Source: a virus
Taxonomy: Duplodnaviria; Caudoviricetes
Strand: one strand, 5' to 3'
IMG/VR virus record: IMGVR_UViG_3300031908_000002
Coordinates: 2,337 to 66,336 of that record
DNA length: 64,000 nt
Of the stretch, positions 36,561 through 46,262 are shown one piece after another. The position numbers and the translations under genes were made by a program. The stretch's first letter is position 1, and the number at the start of each line of letters is the position of its first letter. The notes beneath the pieces are model-generated. The model did not search any database, was not told the origin of the DNA, and worked only from the letters and a program-made list of their open reading frames with translations.

Positions 36561-37412
36561 ATGCTGTTCAACGTAGCGCACCGCTTCTACGCGGACCTGA
36601 ATCTCGTCCTGCTCTACCTGCCGGACGAATGCAATCTCGACAACTTCGAGGACGAGGACCTGCCGCTGGACATCGTGCCAGACGTCACCACGTCCACGGA
36701 GCATGTCACGGAAGGCGGTGGACGGTACGCCCACGCCTCGTCCACCGCCTACCTGCGCCTGGAACCTTACGACAGTGAGGCGGCGTACCAACACCTGCCT
36801 GAGCCGGTAAAGAAGGCCTATCAGGCGTTCTCGAACAAGCTGGGTGAGGTGCTGAAGAACCAAGAGTGGGGCGTACAGCTCCGCCAAGCCGTGGCGCTGG
36901 CCTATCAGGTCGAGGCAGGTTTGCAGCGGACCCCGCCTCGCGTGCATCTGGAGCTGACGGTCGACATCCCCTACTCGGTCAAGGGGCTGCGCACCGTGGA
37001 AGCCCAGCGCCAGCGCGCCGAGGATGCGGCGGCATTGGCAGGGCACAAGCTGCGCACCACCCTGCTGCTGGAGGCCAAGCGCGCTGTGGCGAGGATGCAG
37101 GAGGTGTTGGTTGTCGCCCTCGAAGCCTTCAACGCCCAGCAGGTGAAACCCCTGCTGACCCAGATCGACCTCGGCCTGTGGCCTCAGAAGGCCTATGCCG
37201 CCGACGTGGAGGCTTCGCACGAGCGATACCGGAACATCCAGAACGAGCTGGCCAAGATGCAAATCGAGGCTGACATGCTCTGGAAGGCATACAGCGAGAT
37301 GTACAAGTCGTCGGTCGCAAAGGACTTTGCGAACGACTTCCCTACCGACTCGCTGCTGGAAAACGTGTTAACCCGCAACATCAACCGCTTCAATCCCCTG
37401 CGCTACCTGTGA
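36561..37412 (+). CDS. Hypothetical protein (283 aa), intragenic palindrome
   Basis: CCTTCA leader; palindrome encodes AKDFAN. Confidence 0.7.
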   Translation: MLFNVAHRFYADLNLVLLYLPDECNLDNFEDEDLPLDIVPDVTTSTEHVTEGGGRYAHASSTAYLRLEPYDSEAAYQHLPEPVKKAYQAFSNKLGEVLKNQEWGVQLRQAVALAYQVEAGLQRTPPRVHLELTVDIPYSVKGLRTVEAQRQRAEDAAALAGHKLRTTLLLEAKRAVARMQEVLVVALEAFNAQQVKPLLTQIDLGLWPQKAYAADVEASHERYRNIQNELAKMQIEADMLWKAYSEMYKSSVAKDFANDFPTDSLLENVLTRNINRFNPLRYL

Positions 37413-37420
37413 GGTGAATC

Positions 37421-37690
37421 ATGGAAAAAGCACAAGTTATGGCACTGCTGGAAAAGGGTCTGGTTCGCGTCGTGTTCCAGAAAAAGGCAACCGGCGAGCG
37501 CCGCGAAATGCGCGCCACGCTGCACCCCTCGATCCTGCCACCGCCGCCACCAAAGGACCCGAACAAAGCACCTCGCAAGTACCCAGAGAACCTGATCATC
37601 TGCTGGGATGTGGAGGCGGCGAGTTTCCGAACATTCGATCCAGACGACCTGCTGGAAGAGCCGGTCACGCTGGAGAGCTACACAGCATGA
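37421..37690 (+). CDS. WYL_2/DUF2693-like SH3-barrel protein
   Basis: L..GLVRVVFQKK.TGERREMRATL...ENLIICWDVE..SFRTF. Confidence 0.65.
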   Translation: MEKAQVMALLEKGLVRVVFQKKATGERREMRATLHPSILPPPPPKDPNKAPRKYPENLIICWDVEAASFRTFDPDDLLEEPVTLESYTA

Positions 37691-38460
37691 ACAGACAGGA
37701 CTTGATCGCCATTGAAAAACTCATCTGGCGTCGAGTCCTTGCAGTGTCCCACGTCGTGGAGGGCTTCCAAGCCGTCCGTGGCGAGGGCCTGCCGGAGGAC
37801 TGCGAGGATGTCGAGGTGAACAGGGACGGAGAAGGCTCGCTCGCATGGGTGTTGGAGGACGACGACTTGCTGGGGAACTTGGCCAGCATTGGCGTGGAGC
37901 CGACAGAGGGTGACTCCCTGCCGTTGGTTCTGACCTTCAACGACCGTCGCACTGAGCCAGTTACCTTGCGAATGATGGGTCGCAGTAACTGGAGCAAGGC
38001 GTGGTACCCGATCAGTCAGATGGCTGTATGGCCTGGAGAAGTTTTGCTGGAGAAGGACGAAGAGGCAACGGTGCTGAAGTGCGAGGTCGACTTCTACTCG
38101 ATCCTCGCCTTCGACGAGGCCCACCGGCAGTACCGCGTGTTGAGGTTTAGGGAGGATGAGCACCCTCTGCACGCGGTAATGGAGCTGGCGCGGAACTTGG
38201 TTGACCCCGAGTTCCAGCGCCGTTTTTTCAACCCGAAGACGTTAAAGGAGCGCATGAAGAACCCAAGGTTGGACAGTGATGAGCCACTGGACCACCGCCC
38301 GCAGGGGGAGATTCTGCTGGTGCCCTACATTTGGACCGCAGCCAGAAAGCTACCGCGTTCTGGTAAACGACTATATGAGGGGTATTGGGTCCACAGACTT
38401 GTCAATACAGAAGACCCAATCGTGTACACTAGGAACACTAATAAAAATCTAGGGGATTAG
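37687..38460 (+). CDS. Hypothetical protein
   Basis: ATGA overlap. Confidence 0.6.
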   Translation: MNRQDLIAIEKLIWRRVLAVSHVVEGFQAVRGEGLPEDCEDVEVNRDGEGSLAWVLEDDDLLGNLASIGVEPTEGDSLPLVLTFNDRRTEPVTLRMMGRSNWSKAWYPISQMAVWPGEVLLEKDEEATVLKCEVDFYSILAFDEAHRQYRVLRFREDEHPLHAVMELARNLVDPEFQRRFFNPKTLKERMKNPRLDSDEPLDHRPQGEILLVPYIWTAARKLPRSGKRLYEGYWVHRLVNTEDPIVYTRNTNKNLGD

Positions 38461-38463
38461 GGA

Positions 38464-38928
38464 ATGGGGTCGGTTCACTGTTTCACAACGCACCTGAAGC
38501 TAAAGGCTGGGCATCTTCCTGAAGAGGTTCCGGTGGTGGCGGAAACGCTGTCTCTGAAGGAAGGGGTGTTACGGGACTTCCGGCGGATCATGCCGGAAGG
38601 GTGTGATGATGAAGAAGTCATCCACGCGGTCGCTGGGGCGGCTGTGCGCTACCTGATGGAGGTTCTGTCGAAGCAAAATCACGACGTTCCTCTGAAGACG
38701 CGGTTCAAGTTCTTCGGGGTGTATTACGGAGGCGGGTACCAACTCTTGATGAAGGTGGGCAAGGTTGTCGACCTCAGAACGGGCAAGGGGAAACCTCGCT
38801 GCTTCATTGTAGCGGCGCACAACCTGTACCCACGACCGGCCTGCATGGATAGTGAGACGGTGAAAAATACTTCTGGCAAACCGTTGATAACGATTCCGAT
38901 GTCAACACTCTACCGGTACACTGTATAA
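38464..38928 (+). CDS. Hypothetical protein (154 aa)
   Basis: Packed ORF. Confidence 0.55.
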   Translation: MGSVHCFTTHLKLKAGHLPEEVPVVAETLSLKEGVLRDFRRIMPEGCDDEEVIHAVAGAAVRYLMEVLSKQNHDVPLKTRFKFFGVYYGGGYQLLMKVGKVVDLRTGKGKPRCFIVAAHNLYPRPACMDSETVKNTSGKPLITIPMSTLYRYTV

Positions 38929-38954
38929 AATCCCGAAGTCAATAAGGGGGGAAA

Positions 38955-39809
38955 ATGACCACCGTAGTCAGAATTGGCGGGAATGTCGCCAAGCACAAGC
39001 CCGTGAAGCCGGGTCAGCGTCCGGTCCCGCAAGTACGTCGGGACAATCCAGCCGTCCACTGTCTGGTACAGGCGGCAGACATCCTGCGCCTGCGCACGAC
39101 TTGGACGGACGAGAGGAAGCTGGCAGAGGCGCAAGCCATGCTTCACGAAGCGGAGCAGACGGTATTCCACCAACTGCCTACGGGGTGGTGGTACGGGGCG
39201 TTTCGCCTGCAATACAAGGACCGAATGCCGGATGGCTCGCTCCGATACATGGTCACCTGCGTCTGCGGAAAGGATCACTACCTGACCACCGAGCAGTTGA
39301 CCCGGTATCTGGTCGAGCACACCGGCTGCCGGGACAACTGTTGTCAGCAGAAGCTGCTGATGCGCCTGTTCTGGGGCACCCTGCCGGATGCCTTGCGGGT
39401 GCAATGGAAGCTGATGCAGGCCTGCTACCCCGAGGGGATTCCCAGCTACTGGGGCGGCACGCTGGACGACATGTTCAAACGCGACATCAAAACCGGTTTC
39501 GTCCGGGCGTATCAGGAAGTGCTCTGTCACCTCGTTGACCTGAGCCGGCCTGACCTACGCTGGCTGACTCCCCTGAACCCGGAGCTGCCATACACGCTCG
39601 ACAACCTGACATTGGCCAAAGAGCCGTGGAACCGGATGGACCGCCTCAACTTCCTCAAGCCCGTGATTGCTGGGCATCCGGTGAGGATGAGTGAGTTGTG
39701 CAGCAGCCTTAATGTAACGCCTGAGCAGGTGTTGGCAACCATCGTGGACGACGACGTTGACCCCGATGAGTTGGCTGTCGCCCTGCTGGGCTTTGGAGAA
39801 GCAAAATGA
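38955..39809 (+). CDS. Possibly degenerate HNH-endonuclease-like protein
   Basis: Y..TCVCG, W..M...C, then P...Y.LDN pattern, but no intact HNH. Confidence 0.4.
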   Translation: MTTVVRIGGNVAKHKPVKPGQRPVPQVRRDNPAVHCLVQAADILRLRTTWTDERKLAEAQAMLHEAEQTVFHQLPTGWWYGAFRLQYKDRMPDGSLRYMVTCVCGKDHYLTTEQLTRYLVEHTGCRDNCCQQKLLMRLFWGTLPDALRVQWKLMQACYPEGIPSYWGGTLDDMFKRDIKTGFVRAYQEVLCHLVDLSRPDLRWLTPLNPELPYTLDNLTLAKEPWNRMDRLNFLKPVIAGHPVRMSELCSSLNVTPEQVLATIVDDDVDPDELAVALLGFGEAK

Positions 39810-40465
39810 ACGATCAAACTGAAACTGTGCAGCCGCCTCTGGCGGTCGCCATCGTCGAAGGAGCAACCGCAGCCGCCAGCTACATTCGCGAAGGACGGCC
39901 AAAGGCAGTCGTTGTTGTAAAACCGCATGTTCTGACTTCCAGCGCAATCTACGACGGCCTCGCGGCTCTCTACAACGACGCCAACAAAGGGGCGTTGTTG
40001 GTGGTAGACCTGCCGAACAAGCCGACCACCGGCAACCTGCACAAAGTTCTTCTCGGACGTGGGTTGGTGAAGGGTGTGGACTACGCGCTGTTCCGGGCGA
40101 AGGCTGACGTACATGGAAACAACTTTGGCCCACGGCAACGTCCGCTGGTGCTGGAGAAGCTGACGGACGCGCCGATCACTGTTCCGCAGAGTCGCAAGTT
40201 CCAGGCGCAGATGTTGGCCAACGAAGCCGTCGTCCGTGGCGTCAAGGACCTGCGCCTGCTGCACGCGACCCCAAAGACCGGGGTGGACAGGACGCTGCCG
40301 ATGGTTGACCTGCCGCTGGTCCGGCCAGAGCGCACGTACAGCCACAATGAACTGCTCGAAGAGCGGTTCATGCAAGTTCGCAAGAAGGAGTTCAACCCTG
40401 TGGATGCTGAGGCAGACAGGGAGCTAAGAGCGATCCGTCTCCCTGACCTTGAAATGGGGCAGTAG
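39806..40465 (+). CDS. Hypothetical protein (219 aa)
   Basis: GGAG SD, ATGA overlap. Confidence 0.65.
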   Translation: MNDQTETVQPPLAVAIVEGATAAASYIREGRPKAVVVVKPHVLTSSAIYDGLAALYNDANKGALLVVDLPNKPTTGNLHKVLLGRGLVKGVDYALFRAKADVHGNNFGPRQRPLVLEKLTDAPITVPQSRKFQAQMLANEAVVRGVKDLRLLHATPKTGVDRTLPMVDLPLVRPERTYSHNELLEERFMQVRKKEFNPVDAEADRELRAIRLPDLEMGQ

Positions 40466-40476
40466 TCAGGCGCGAT

Positions 40477-40503
40477 AAAACCCGTCAGAGTCTGGGTTTT
40501 TTC
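40477..40503 (+). terminator. Intrinsic terminator
   Basis: AAAACCC...GGGTTTTTT after 40465 stop. Confidence 0.55.
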
Positions 40504-40566
40504 CGCTTGCAAACCTGTACTAGGTACACTAAGTTACAAGACGGTCGCACACAAAAGGGAGCCACC

Positions 40567-40833
40567 ATGAAGATCACCACCGAGTCCGGTAAGGTGTTTT
40601 ATACCGAAAGCATCACCGACTCTGAACGCACCGCATACCTGCGGCAACTGGCGTCTCACTACCGCCTGACCCGCAACGACGTTTCCCGTTACACCGGCTA
40701 CAGTGCAAATTACGTGGCCGCTTGGTTCGCCACCGAAGGCACCCCCCGCCATCGACCGGTACCCGTTCGGGCCGTTGACCGCCTGATCCTTGAGATTCAG
40801 GCCGGCAACGTTCAAAGCAGCAAGGGTCGCTAA
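40567..40833 (+). CDS. Putative HTH transcriptional regulator
   Basis: LRQL...YRLTRNDVSRYTGYSANYVAAW (XRE-like); GGGAG SD. Confidence 0.55.
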   Translation: MKITTESGKVFYTESITDSERTAYLRQLASHYRLTRNDVSRYTGYSANYVAAWFATEGTPRHRPVPVRAVDRLILEIQAGNVQSSKGR

Positions 40834-40865
40834 GAAGAAAAAGAACGGGCCGTGGGGGATTTTGA

Positions 40866-43760
40866 ATGTACAGGTACTATCAGCGGCACGAGAAGGACTC
40901 GTGGTTCGTCATTTCTGATAAAGGCGGTGAAGAGGTTGTTGCCACTGCCCTGTCGAATGGCGCGAAGAAACTCACCATCCTCACCATCAACCAGATGGTT
41001 CAGGATGGTGACGATCCCGACCACCCAAGGAACCGGGACAGCCTCGCATACCGAGGCCCCCTGTACTTCGACATCGACTGCAAGGGCGACTTGGCCCAGG
41101 CCATTGCCAGCGGCAACGAGCTGGTGCAGCGCCTGCTGACCCTTGGCACGCCCGAGGCCGGGATCAAGATTTACCTGTCTGGCTCGAAGGGGTTGCACAT
41201 CCTTGTGGATGAGCGCCTGTTCTCGTCGGGGCGGTTCTTCAAGCGCCTGCCCGAGATTTACAAGGAAATGGCCCGCGACCTGTACGTGGCAGGCGTGGAC
41301 TACTCCGTCTATTCCGGTGGCCGTGGCAACAGCTTCCGCATCCCCAACGTGGAACGGTTCGACGGACGCTACCGGGTGCCGGTGACTGTCACTGAGCTGA
41401 TGGCGCTGGACCCTGATTTGTACCTGACACTGGTCAGCGGGCCTCGCAAAGTCCTTTGCGAAGAGGTGCCCAAGGTTCCGGTGCCGGAGCTGTCGGCCCT
41501 GTTCGACGCAGCCAAGAAGCGCATCGGTACGGCTCAGAAGGTGGTGATCATTGCCACCTCCAGCGAGCTGGAAAAGATTCGCTTCGAGCCGCCGACCTGC
41601 GTCCAGATGCTCTGCGATGGCAAGAACCTGAAGAGCGAGGCCAACTTCAACCAAGTGGCGACCCAGCTTGCGGCGTACATCGTCCGGGCAGGGGTTGAGC
41701 CGATGGTGGCCGATGCTCTGGCGTCCCGTGCCGCCGAGGCCAACCACTCCAGCAAGTACCACAACGCCCGGACGCGCCGTGAGCATATCGAAGCGCAAAT
41801 CCGCTACGTGGAGCACACGCCGGGATTCTCGTTCGGCTGCAACGCCATCCGCGCCTTGCTGGGCAAACGCCCGTGCGAAGGCTGTGCGATTGAGGCCGGC
41901 AGCAACGCGGACGGGGAAGGCAACGACTCCGACATCAGCGCAGAAACCCGCGTGGACGGATACTACGTGCGCTATGGTGATAACTGGAGACGTGTAACCA
42001 ATTTCGTCCTGCAACCGCAGGACGTGGTGATCGAGGTTCCGCAAGACGGAAGGTCACCCCGCCGCACGGCCACCAACATGGGGGTCTTTAAGGGCGGTGT
42101 GCAGGATGGGAAGATCACTTTCAAAGAGAGTTCGTTCAGTGGTCGCTCCACCTTCCTGAAAGAGATCGAAGGGATTTCCGACCTGACCTTCCAAGGGTCA
42201 GACGGGGACGTGCAGCGGATCAAGATTGCTATCTTCAAGGAGGCTCAGGACGTGGGTGAGGTTTTTAAAGTCTATACATCCGGCATTCATCTGGACTTCG
42301 TAGGCGACGAACCTGTCTTCACCTACGTTGAGCCGGACATGTCGATCAACAACATGAAGGTCAAGGGCACCCACCAATTCTCCGGGGAGCTCCAGGCTCG
42401 TCCGCACTTCGGCAAGGCTTCGGTCCCCGAGGTGGGCGACAAGGCCACGGACATGGCGCTGTCGGCCATGTTGCGGATCAACAAGCCCATCGAGATCGGC
42501 GTCATTGTCGGGTGGTCCTCGGCCTGCCACTACAAGACCCACCTGATGTACCTGCACAACCAGTTCCCGGTTCTGAGCCTGTGGGGTTCGGCTGGCTCCG
42601 GTAAGTCGATCACCGCAGGCATCGTGACGTGGATCAACGGCACCGACTACATGTCGCTGGACTCCGGCATCAACGCCCCGAGCGCCACGTCCTACGGGAT
42701 GCTCGACTACCTGTCGTCCACCACGACGATTCCCCGCATCATCGAGGAATACAACAAGTCGAAAATGGAGCCGAGGCAGTTCAAGGAAACCGGCGAGCGC
42801 ATCAAGCAGACTTGGGGCGGTGAGTCCGCGATCAAGGGCAAGATCGGCGGCAACGGCATGGGCCGGGTCAACGCCGAGACGGTGGTCATCCCCCTGTCGT
42901 CCCCAATCATCGTCTGCTCCGAGCAGGAGATCGAGATGCCGGCGATTCAGGAGCGCTCCCTGCGCATTCACCTGACCAAGCAGAAGCGCGCCGGGAGAAA
43001 GGAACACTTCGAGTACGCCCGGAAAAACCGGAAGTACCTGCGCAGCTTCGGCAAGGCGCTGATGATTCAGGCGATGAACACCACGCTGGTTGAGATGGAA
43101 GCCCTGATGGACGAGGCCAGCGCCCTGCTGCCCGATTCCATGGACGACCGCCCGCGCTATTCGTTGCAGGTCGCCATTGTCGGACTGTGGCAGGCACGCA
43201 AGGCTGCCGCTTCCCTGAAACTGACCGAGGCTGAGAGCCTGCTGGACGATTACGCCAATCAGTTGATCGCCAAGTACAGCCGTGCTGCGGCGAAGGCCCG
43301 CGAAGACGAAGACGAACTGCTGAACATGGCTTCCGGCGACGGCTTGGTTGGCACCGTGGTCCAGTCGGAAACCGATATTGTCGTGGCCAAGATGGCGATG
43401 GTCATTGCGCTGTCGAAGGGCGCGGAAGCAGCAGGGGCGTCGGTCGTTGCCCTGCGCGAAGGCCTGCAATACTTCGTTCCGCCGAAGGGCGAGTTCCTGA
43501 TCATCGACCCGATTTTCTGCTTCGTGGCCTACGTCCAGTTCGTCACCAGCCATGAACGTCAGCAGCCGGTCATCAGCAACGTCAGCCAGTTCCTGAAACT
43601 CGTCATGGAAGAGCCTTACTTTGCCGGCCTGAAAAAGTTCGAGCGCATGGGCGACAGCCGCCCGATGCTGTTCCTCAACATCGAGAAACTGCGCGAGAAG
43701 AACATCGACACCAGCCTGATTACAGGAGGGGTCAATGATGGATGGTCCCACACTGGCTGA
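40866..43760 (+). CDS. DNA primase (AEP-like)-helicase fusion
   Basis: LYFDID, SGSKGLHI, FRIPN primase motifs; Cys cluster; Walker A GSAGSGKS in C-terminal domain. Confidence 0.8.
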   Translation: MYRYYQRHEKDSWFVISDKGGEEVVATALSNGAKKLTILTINQMVQDGDDPDHPRNRDSLAYRGPLYFDIDCKGDLAQAIASGNELVQRLLTLGTPEAGIKIYLSGSKGLHILVDERLFSSGRFFKRLPEIYKEMARDLYVAGVDYSVYSGGRGNSFRIPNVERFDGRYRVPVTVTELMALDPDLYLTLVSGPRKVLCEEVPKVPVPELSALFDAAKKRIGTAQKVVIIATSSELEKIRFEPPTCVQMLCDGKNLKSEANFNQVATQLAAYIVRAGVEPMVADALASRAAEANHSSKYHNARTRREHIEAQIRYVEHTPGFSFGCNAIRALLGKRPCEGCAIEAGSNADGEGNDSDISAETRVDGYYVRYGDNWRRVTNFVLQPQDVVIEVPQDGRSPRRTATNMGVFKGGVQDGKITFKESSFSGRSTFLKEIEGISDLTFQGSDGDVQRIKIAIFKEAQDVGEVFKVYTSGIHLDFVGDEPVFTYVEPDMSINNMKVKGTHQFSGELQARPHFGKASVPEVGDKATDMALSAMLRINKPIEIGVIVGWSSACHYKTHLMYLHNQFPVLSLWGSAGSGKSITAGIVTWINGTDYMSLDSGINAPSATSYGMLDYLSSTTTIPRIIEEYNKSKMEPRQFKETGERIKQTWGGESAIKGKIGGNGMGRVNAETVVIPLSSPIIVCSEQEIEMPAIQERSLRIHLTKQKRAGRKEHFEYARKNRKYLRSFGKALMIQAMNTTLVEMEALMDEASALLPDSMDDRPRYSLQVAIVGLWQARKAAASLKLTEAESLLDDYANQLIAKYSRAAAKAREDEDELLNMASGDGLVGTVVQSETDIVVAKMAMVIALSKGAEAAGASVVALREGLQYFVPPKGEFLIIDPIFCFVAYVQFVTSHERQQPVISNVSQFLKLVMEEPYFAGLKKFERMGDSRPMLFLNIEKLREKNIDTSLITGGVNDGWSHTG

Positions 43761-45273
43761 ATACTTCCAGGCGGCGGGTATCCAACGATACCCGGCCTTC
43801 GCACCCTTCGTGCGCTTGGACAAGAAGCCATTCGGTTCGCAGGTGACTGGGCTGTCGCTCTGCGCGCATTACCAGTGGTACGGGTTGCTGGATCAGACCG
43901 GGGCGGGCAAGTCCCTCCCTGCCGTCGCCACCGCCCTGCATTACATCGGCCTCGGCAACAAGGTGCTGGTCGTGACCTTGGCCTCGCTGACCGTCCAGTT
44001 CGCAGAGTCGGTCTACTCCGAGTTCGTCGGCATCGACAAGTACGTCCGGGTCCACATCCTCGACGAGGGGCCGGCAGAGCGGAACGCGCTGATTGCTGAG
44101 TGGAAGAAGAACAACTCGTGGCCGGAAATCATGGTGATGTCCTACGAGATGTTCGCCGTGCGCAAGCTGGATTTGGTGATGAAGGCGGCAGGCTACGACG
44201 TCCTGATCACCGACGAATCGCAGAAGTGGAAGACCCCCGGCAAGGTGTTCGCCATGCACGTGGAAAACTACGTGGGCAACCCGGAAGACCCGGACACGGC
44301 TTTCATCCCGATGACAGGGACGCCCATGCACACCTGCATGACCGACTGCTACATGCTGGTCAAGCTGCTGTCGCCGGGGCACTACGGCTCCTACGACGAG
44401 TTCATGGCAACCCATTGCGTCTACAAACGGTACAAGCTGAAGGAGCCCCGGATCACCAAGGGCGGCAAGATTCAGCGCTGGTTCACCGTGCTGGACGGCT
44501 ACACCGGGCACGACAAACTCTCGACCATCCTGTACGAGCGGGCGCGGCGCGTGCTCAAGCGGGAGATTCCCGAGCTGGTGGAACTGAAGACGCCGATCAT
44601 CACCGAGGTTCCGGTCAAGCTCTCGCCGCCGCACCTGACGCTGTACAGGAAGCTGCTGGCCGAACGTTTCCTCGAACTGGAAGGCAACGAGGTGATCACT
44701 GCCTTGCAGGAGCAGGACCTTCGCATGAAGAGCTTGCAGATCGTCACCTGCCCGGAAGCCTTCATCCCCGCCAGCCAGACCATCGACAACCACGTGGTCG
44801 CCACCATCCACGACCTGATCGACACCGCAGCCAGCGAGACCAAGGTCATCCTGTTCCTGCATTTCCGCGATACCGTCGAGCGTTATGCAAAGTTCTTTGC
44901 GAAATGGAACCCTGCATTGATCTACGGCGGCGTGGATGCGAACGGCAGGGAGAAGGCTCGCCAGAGCTTCCTGTTCGACGACAACTGTCGCCTGCTGATT
45001 GCCAACCCCAAGTCGGCAGGGGCGGGATTTAACTTCCAGAGCGTGTCCCACACCACGATCTTTGGCGAGCCCATGGCAAGTCCAGGCGACTTCACGCAGG
45101 CGATGGATCGGATCGACCGACCGGGCCAGCGGTACCAGTGCAACATCTACGTCATCAAGGCTCTGTCGACCATCGCGCCGCACGCTATCAAGGAGATGCT
45201 GCGCCGCGATACCGACATCAGCCAAGTCACCCGCGACCCAACAACGCTCCGCCATCTTTACAACTTTGCCTAA
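43735..45273 (+). CDS. SNF2-like superfamily 2 helicase
   Basis: DQTGAGKS, ITDESQK, MTGTP, AGAGFNFQ, QAMDRIDRPGQ. Confidence 0.88.
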   Translation: MMDGPTLAEYFQAAGIQRYPAFAPFVRLDKKPFGSQVTGLSLCAHYQWYGLLDQTGAGKSLPAVATALHYIGLGNKVLVVTLASLTVQFAESVYSEFVGIDKYVRVHILDEGPAERNALIAEWKKNNSWPEIMVMSYEMFAVRKLDLVMKAAGYDVLITDESQKWKTPGKVFAMHVENYVGNPEDPDTAFIPMTGTPMHTCMTDCYMLVKLLSPGHYGSYDEFMATHCVYKRYKLKEPRITKGGKIQRWFTVLDGYTGHDKLSTILYERARRVLKREIPELVELKTPIITEVPVKLSPPHLTLYRKLLAERFLELEGNEVITALQEQDLRMKSLQIVTCPEAFIPASQTIDNHVVATIHDLIDTAASETKVILFLHFRDTVERYAKFFAKWNPALIYGGVDANGREKARQSFLFDDNCRLLIANPKSAGAGFNFQSVSHTTIFGEPMASPGDFTQAMDRIDRPGQRYQCNIYVIKALSTIAPHAIKEMLRRDTDISQVTRDPTTLRHLYNFA

Positions 45274-45279
45274 GTAATG

Positions 45280-45316
45280 GTGTGTGCTGTACATAAAAAA
45301 TTTGTACAGCACACAC
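45280..45316. repeat. 14-bp perfect inverted repeat with TGTACA in both arms
   Basis: GTGTGTGCTGTACA-TAAAAAATT-TGTACAGCACACAC. Confidence 0.85.
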
Positions 45317-45325
45317 ATTTTCCTC

Positions 45326-45353
45326 TTGACTCCTATGCAGGAATTGGCAAAAT
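45326..45353 (+). promoter_or_regulatory. Possible sigma70-type promoter
   Basis: TTGACT-N16-CAAAAT in AT-rich gap upstream of 45419. Confidence 0.4.
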
Positions 45354-45418
45354 CAGTCTCACCCGAGAGGGAGTAAATGAACTGAAGTCCGAACTGCAAT
45401 CGAAAAGGAAAATGGAAA

Positions 45419-46213
45419 ATGGCATTGATTAAAGATACCCAAGCTGTCGACAACAAAGCTCTGGAAGCAGCCCAAGCTGAAGCCGCAGCAGCAGTTGAAA
45501 GTGAAACCCCTCTCGTTGTTGAAGCGTCTGATGACGTTCTCGAAGTCGCCCCCGAACCTACCCCTGCACTGGAAAGCACCGAAACCGCCGTCGCGGTTGT
45601 GGAAGCTGCTGCTCCGACTGTCTCCGCTCAGCGCACTGCCTCTCAGGCTGCGATGCTTGGCGACATGGCAAACCGTGGTTTCGAGGGTCTGAAAATTGAC
45701 TTCTCGTCCTTCCCAAGCATCGTCCTGAAAGACGGCGAGTTCCAAGTCTCCGGCTCCACCAAAGCGTTTGACGGCAAAAAGGGCTTCGACGGTATCATCA
45801 CTGGTACCCGTAAGAAGGTCGCCATGCGCGTGGGTGGTGACGACGACGGCGATGTCGTGTTCGCAGACGAAGCGAAGCAGTTCCAAGACCCGAACACCGA
45901 AGCTGGTGCCAAGGTTCAGGAATGGAAAGCGAAAGGCCTCAAGCCTGAGCTGAAGGAATACATCGAAGCGTTCACCATGATTACCGTGATCCACGACCCT
46001 GACGCAGACGTCGAGGACCTGATCGGTAGTCTGGTTGTTGTGCAGGTGAGCCCAACGTCCTGCGGGCGTTTCTCCGGCTACACCGCTATCCAGCAGATGA
46101 AGCATGGCCTGGACCCTAACGGCTACCAGACCAACTTCTCTCGCGGCGAGAAAGTGACCAACACCAAGTTCCCGTTCTACCCGTGGAACTTCAAGCTGGT
46201 CAGCCTGAACTGA
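45419..46213 (+). CDS. Putative ssDNA-binding/recombination protein
   Basis: Position between helicase and polymerase; strongly biased codons; acidic Ala-rich N-terminus, OB-like beta core. Confidence 0.5.
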   Translation: MALIKDTQAVDNKALEAAQAEAAAAVESETPLVVEASDDVLEVAPEPTPALESTETAVAVVEAAAPTVSAQRTASQAAMLGDMANRGFEGLKIDFSSFPSIVLKDGEFQVSGSTKAFDGKKGFDGIITGTRKKVAMRVGGDDDGDVVFADEAKQFQDPNTEAGAKVQEWKAKGLKPELKEYIEAFTMITVIHDPDADVEDLIGSLVVVQVSPTSCGRFSGYTAIQQMKHGLDPNGYQTNFSRGEKVTNTKFPFYPWNFKLVSLN

Positions 46214-46231
46214 TCTGATCAAGACAGGTAA

Positions 46232-46262
46232 GCCCGGTGGGAAACCACCGGGCCTTTCTTTC
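46232..46262 (+). terminator. Intrinsic terminator
   Basis: GCCCGGTGG-GAAA-CCACCGGGC-CTTTCTTT. Confidence 0.8.
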
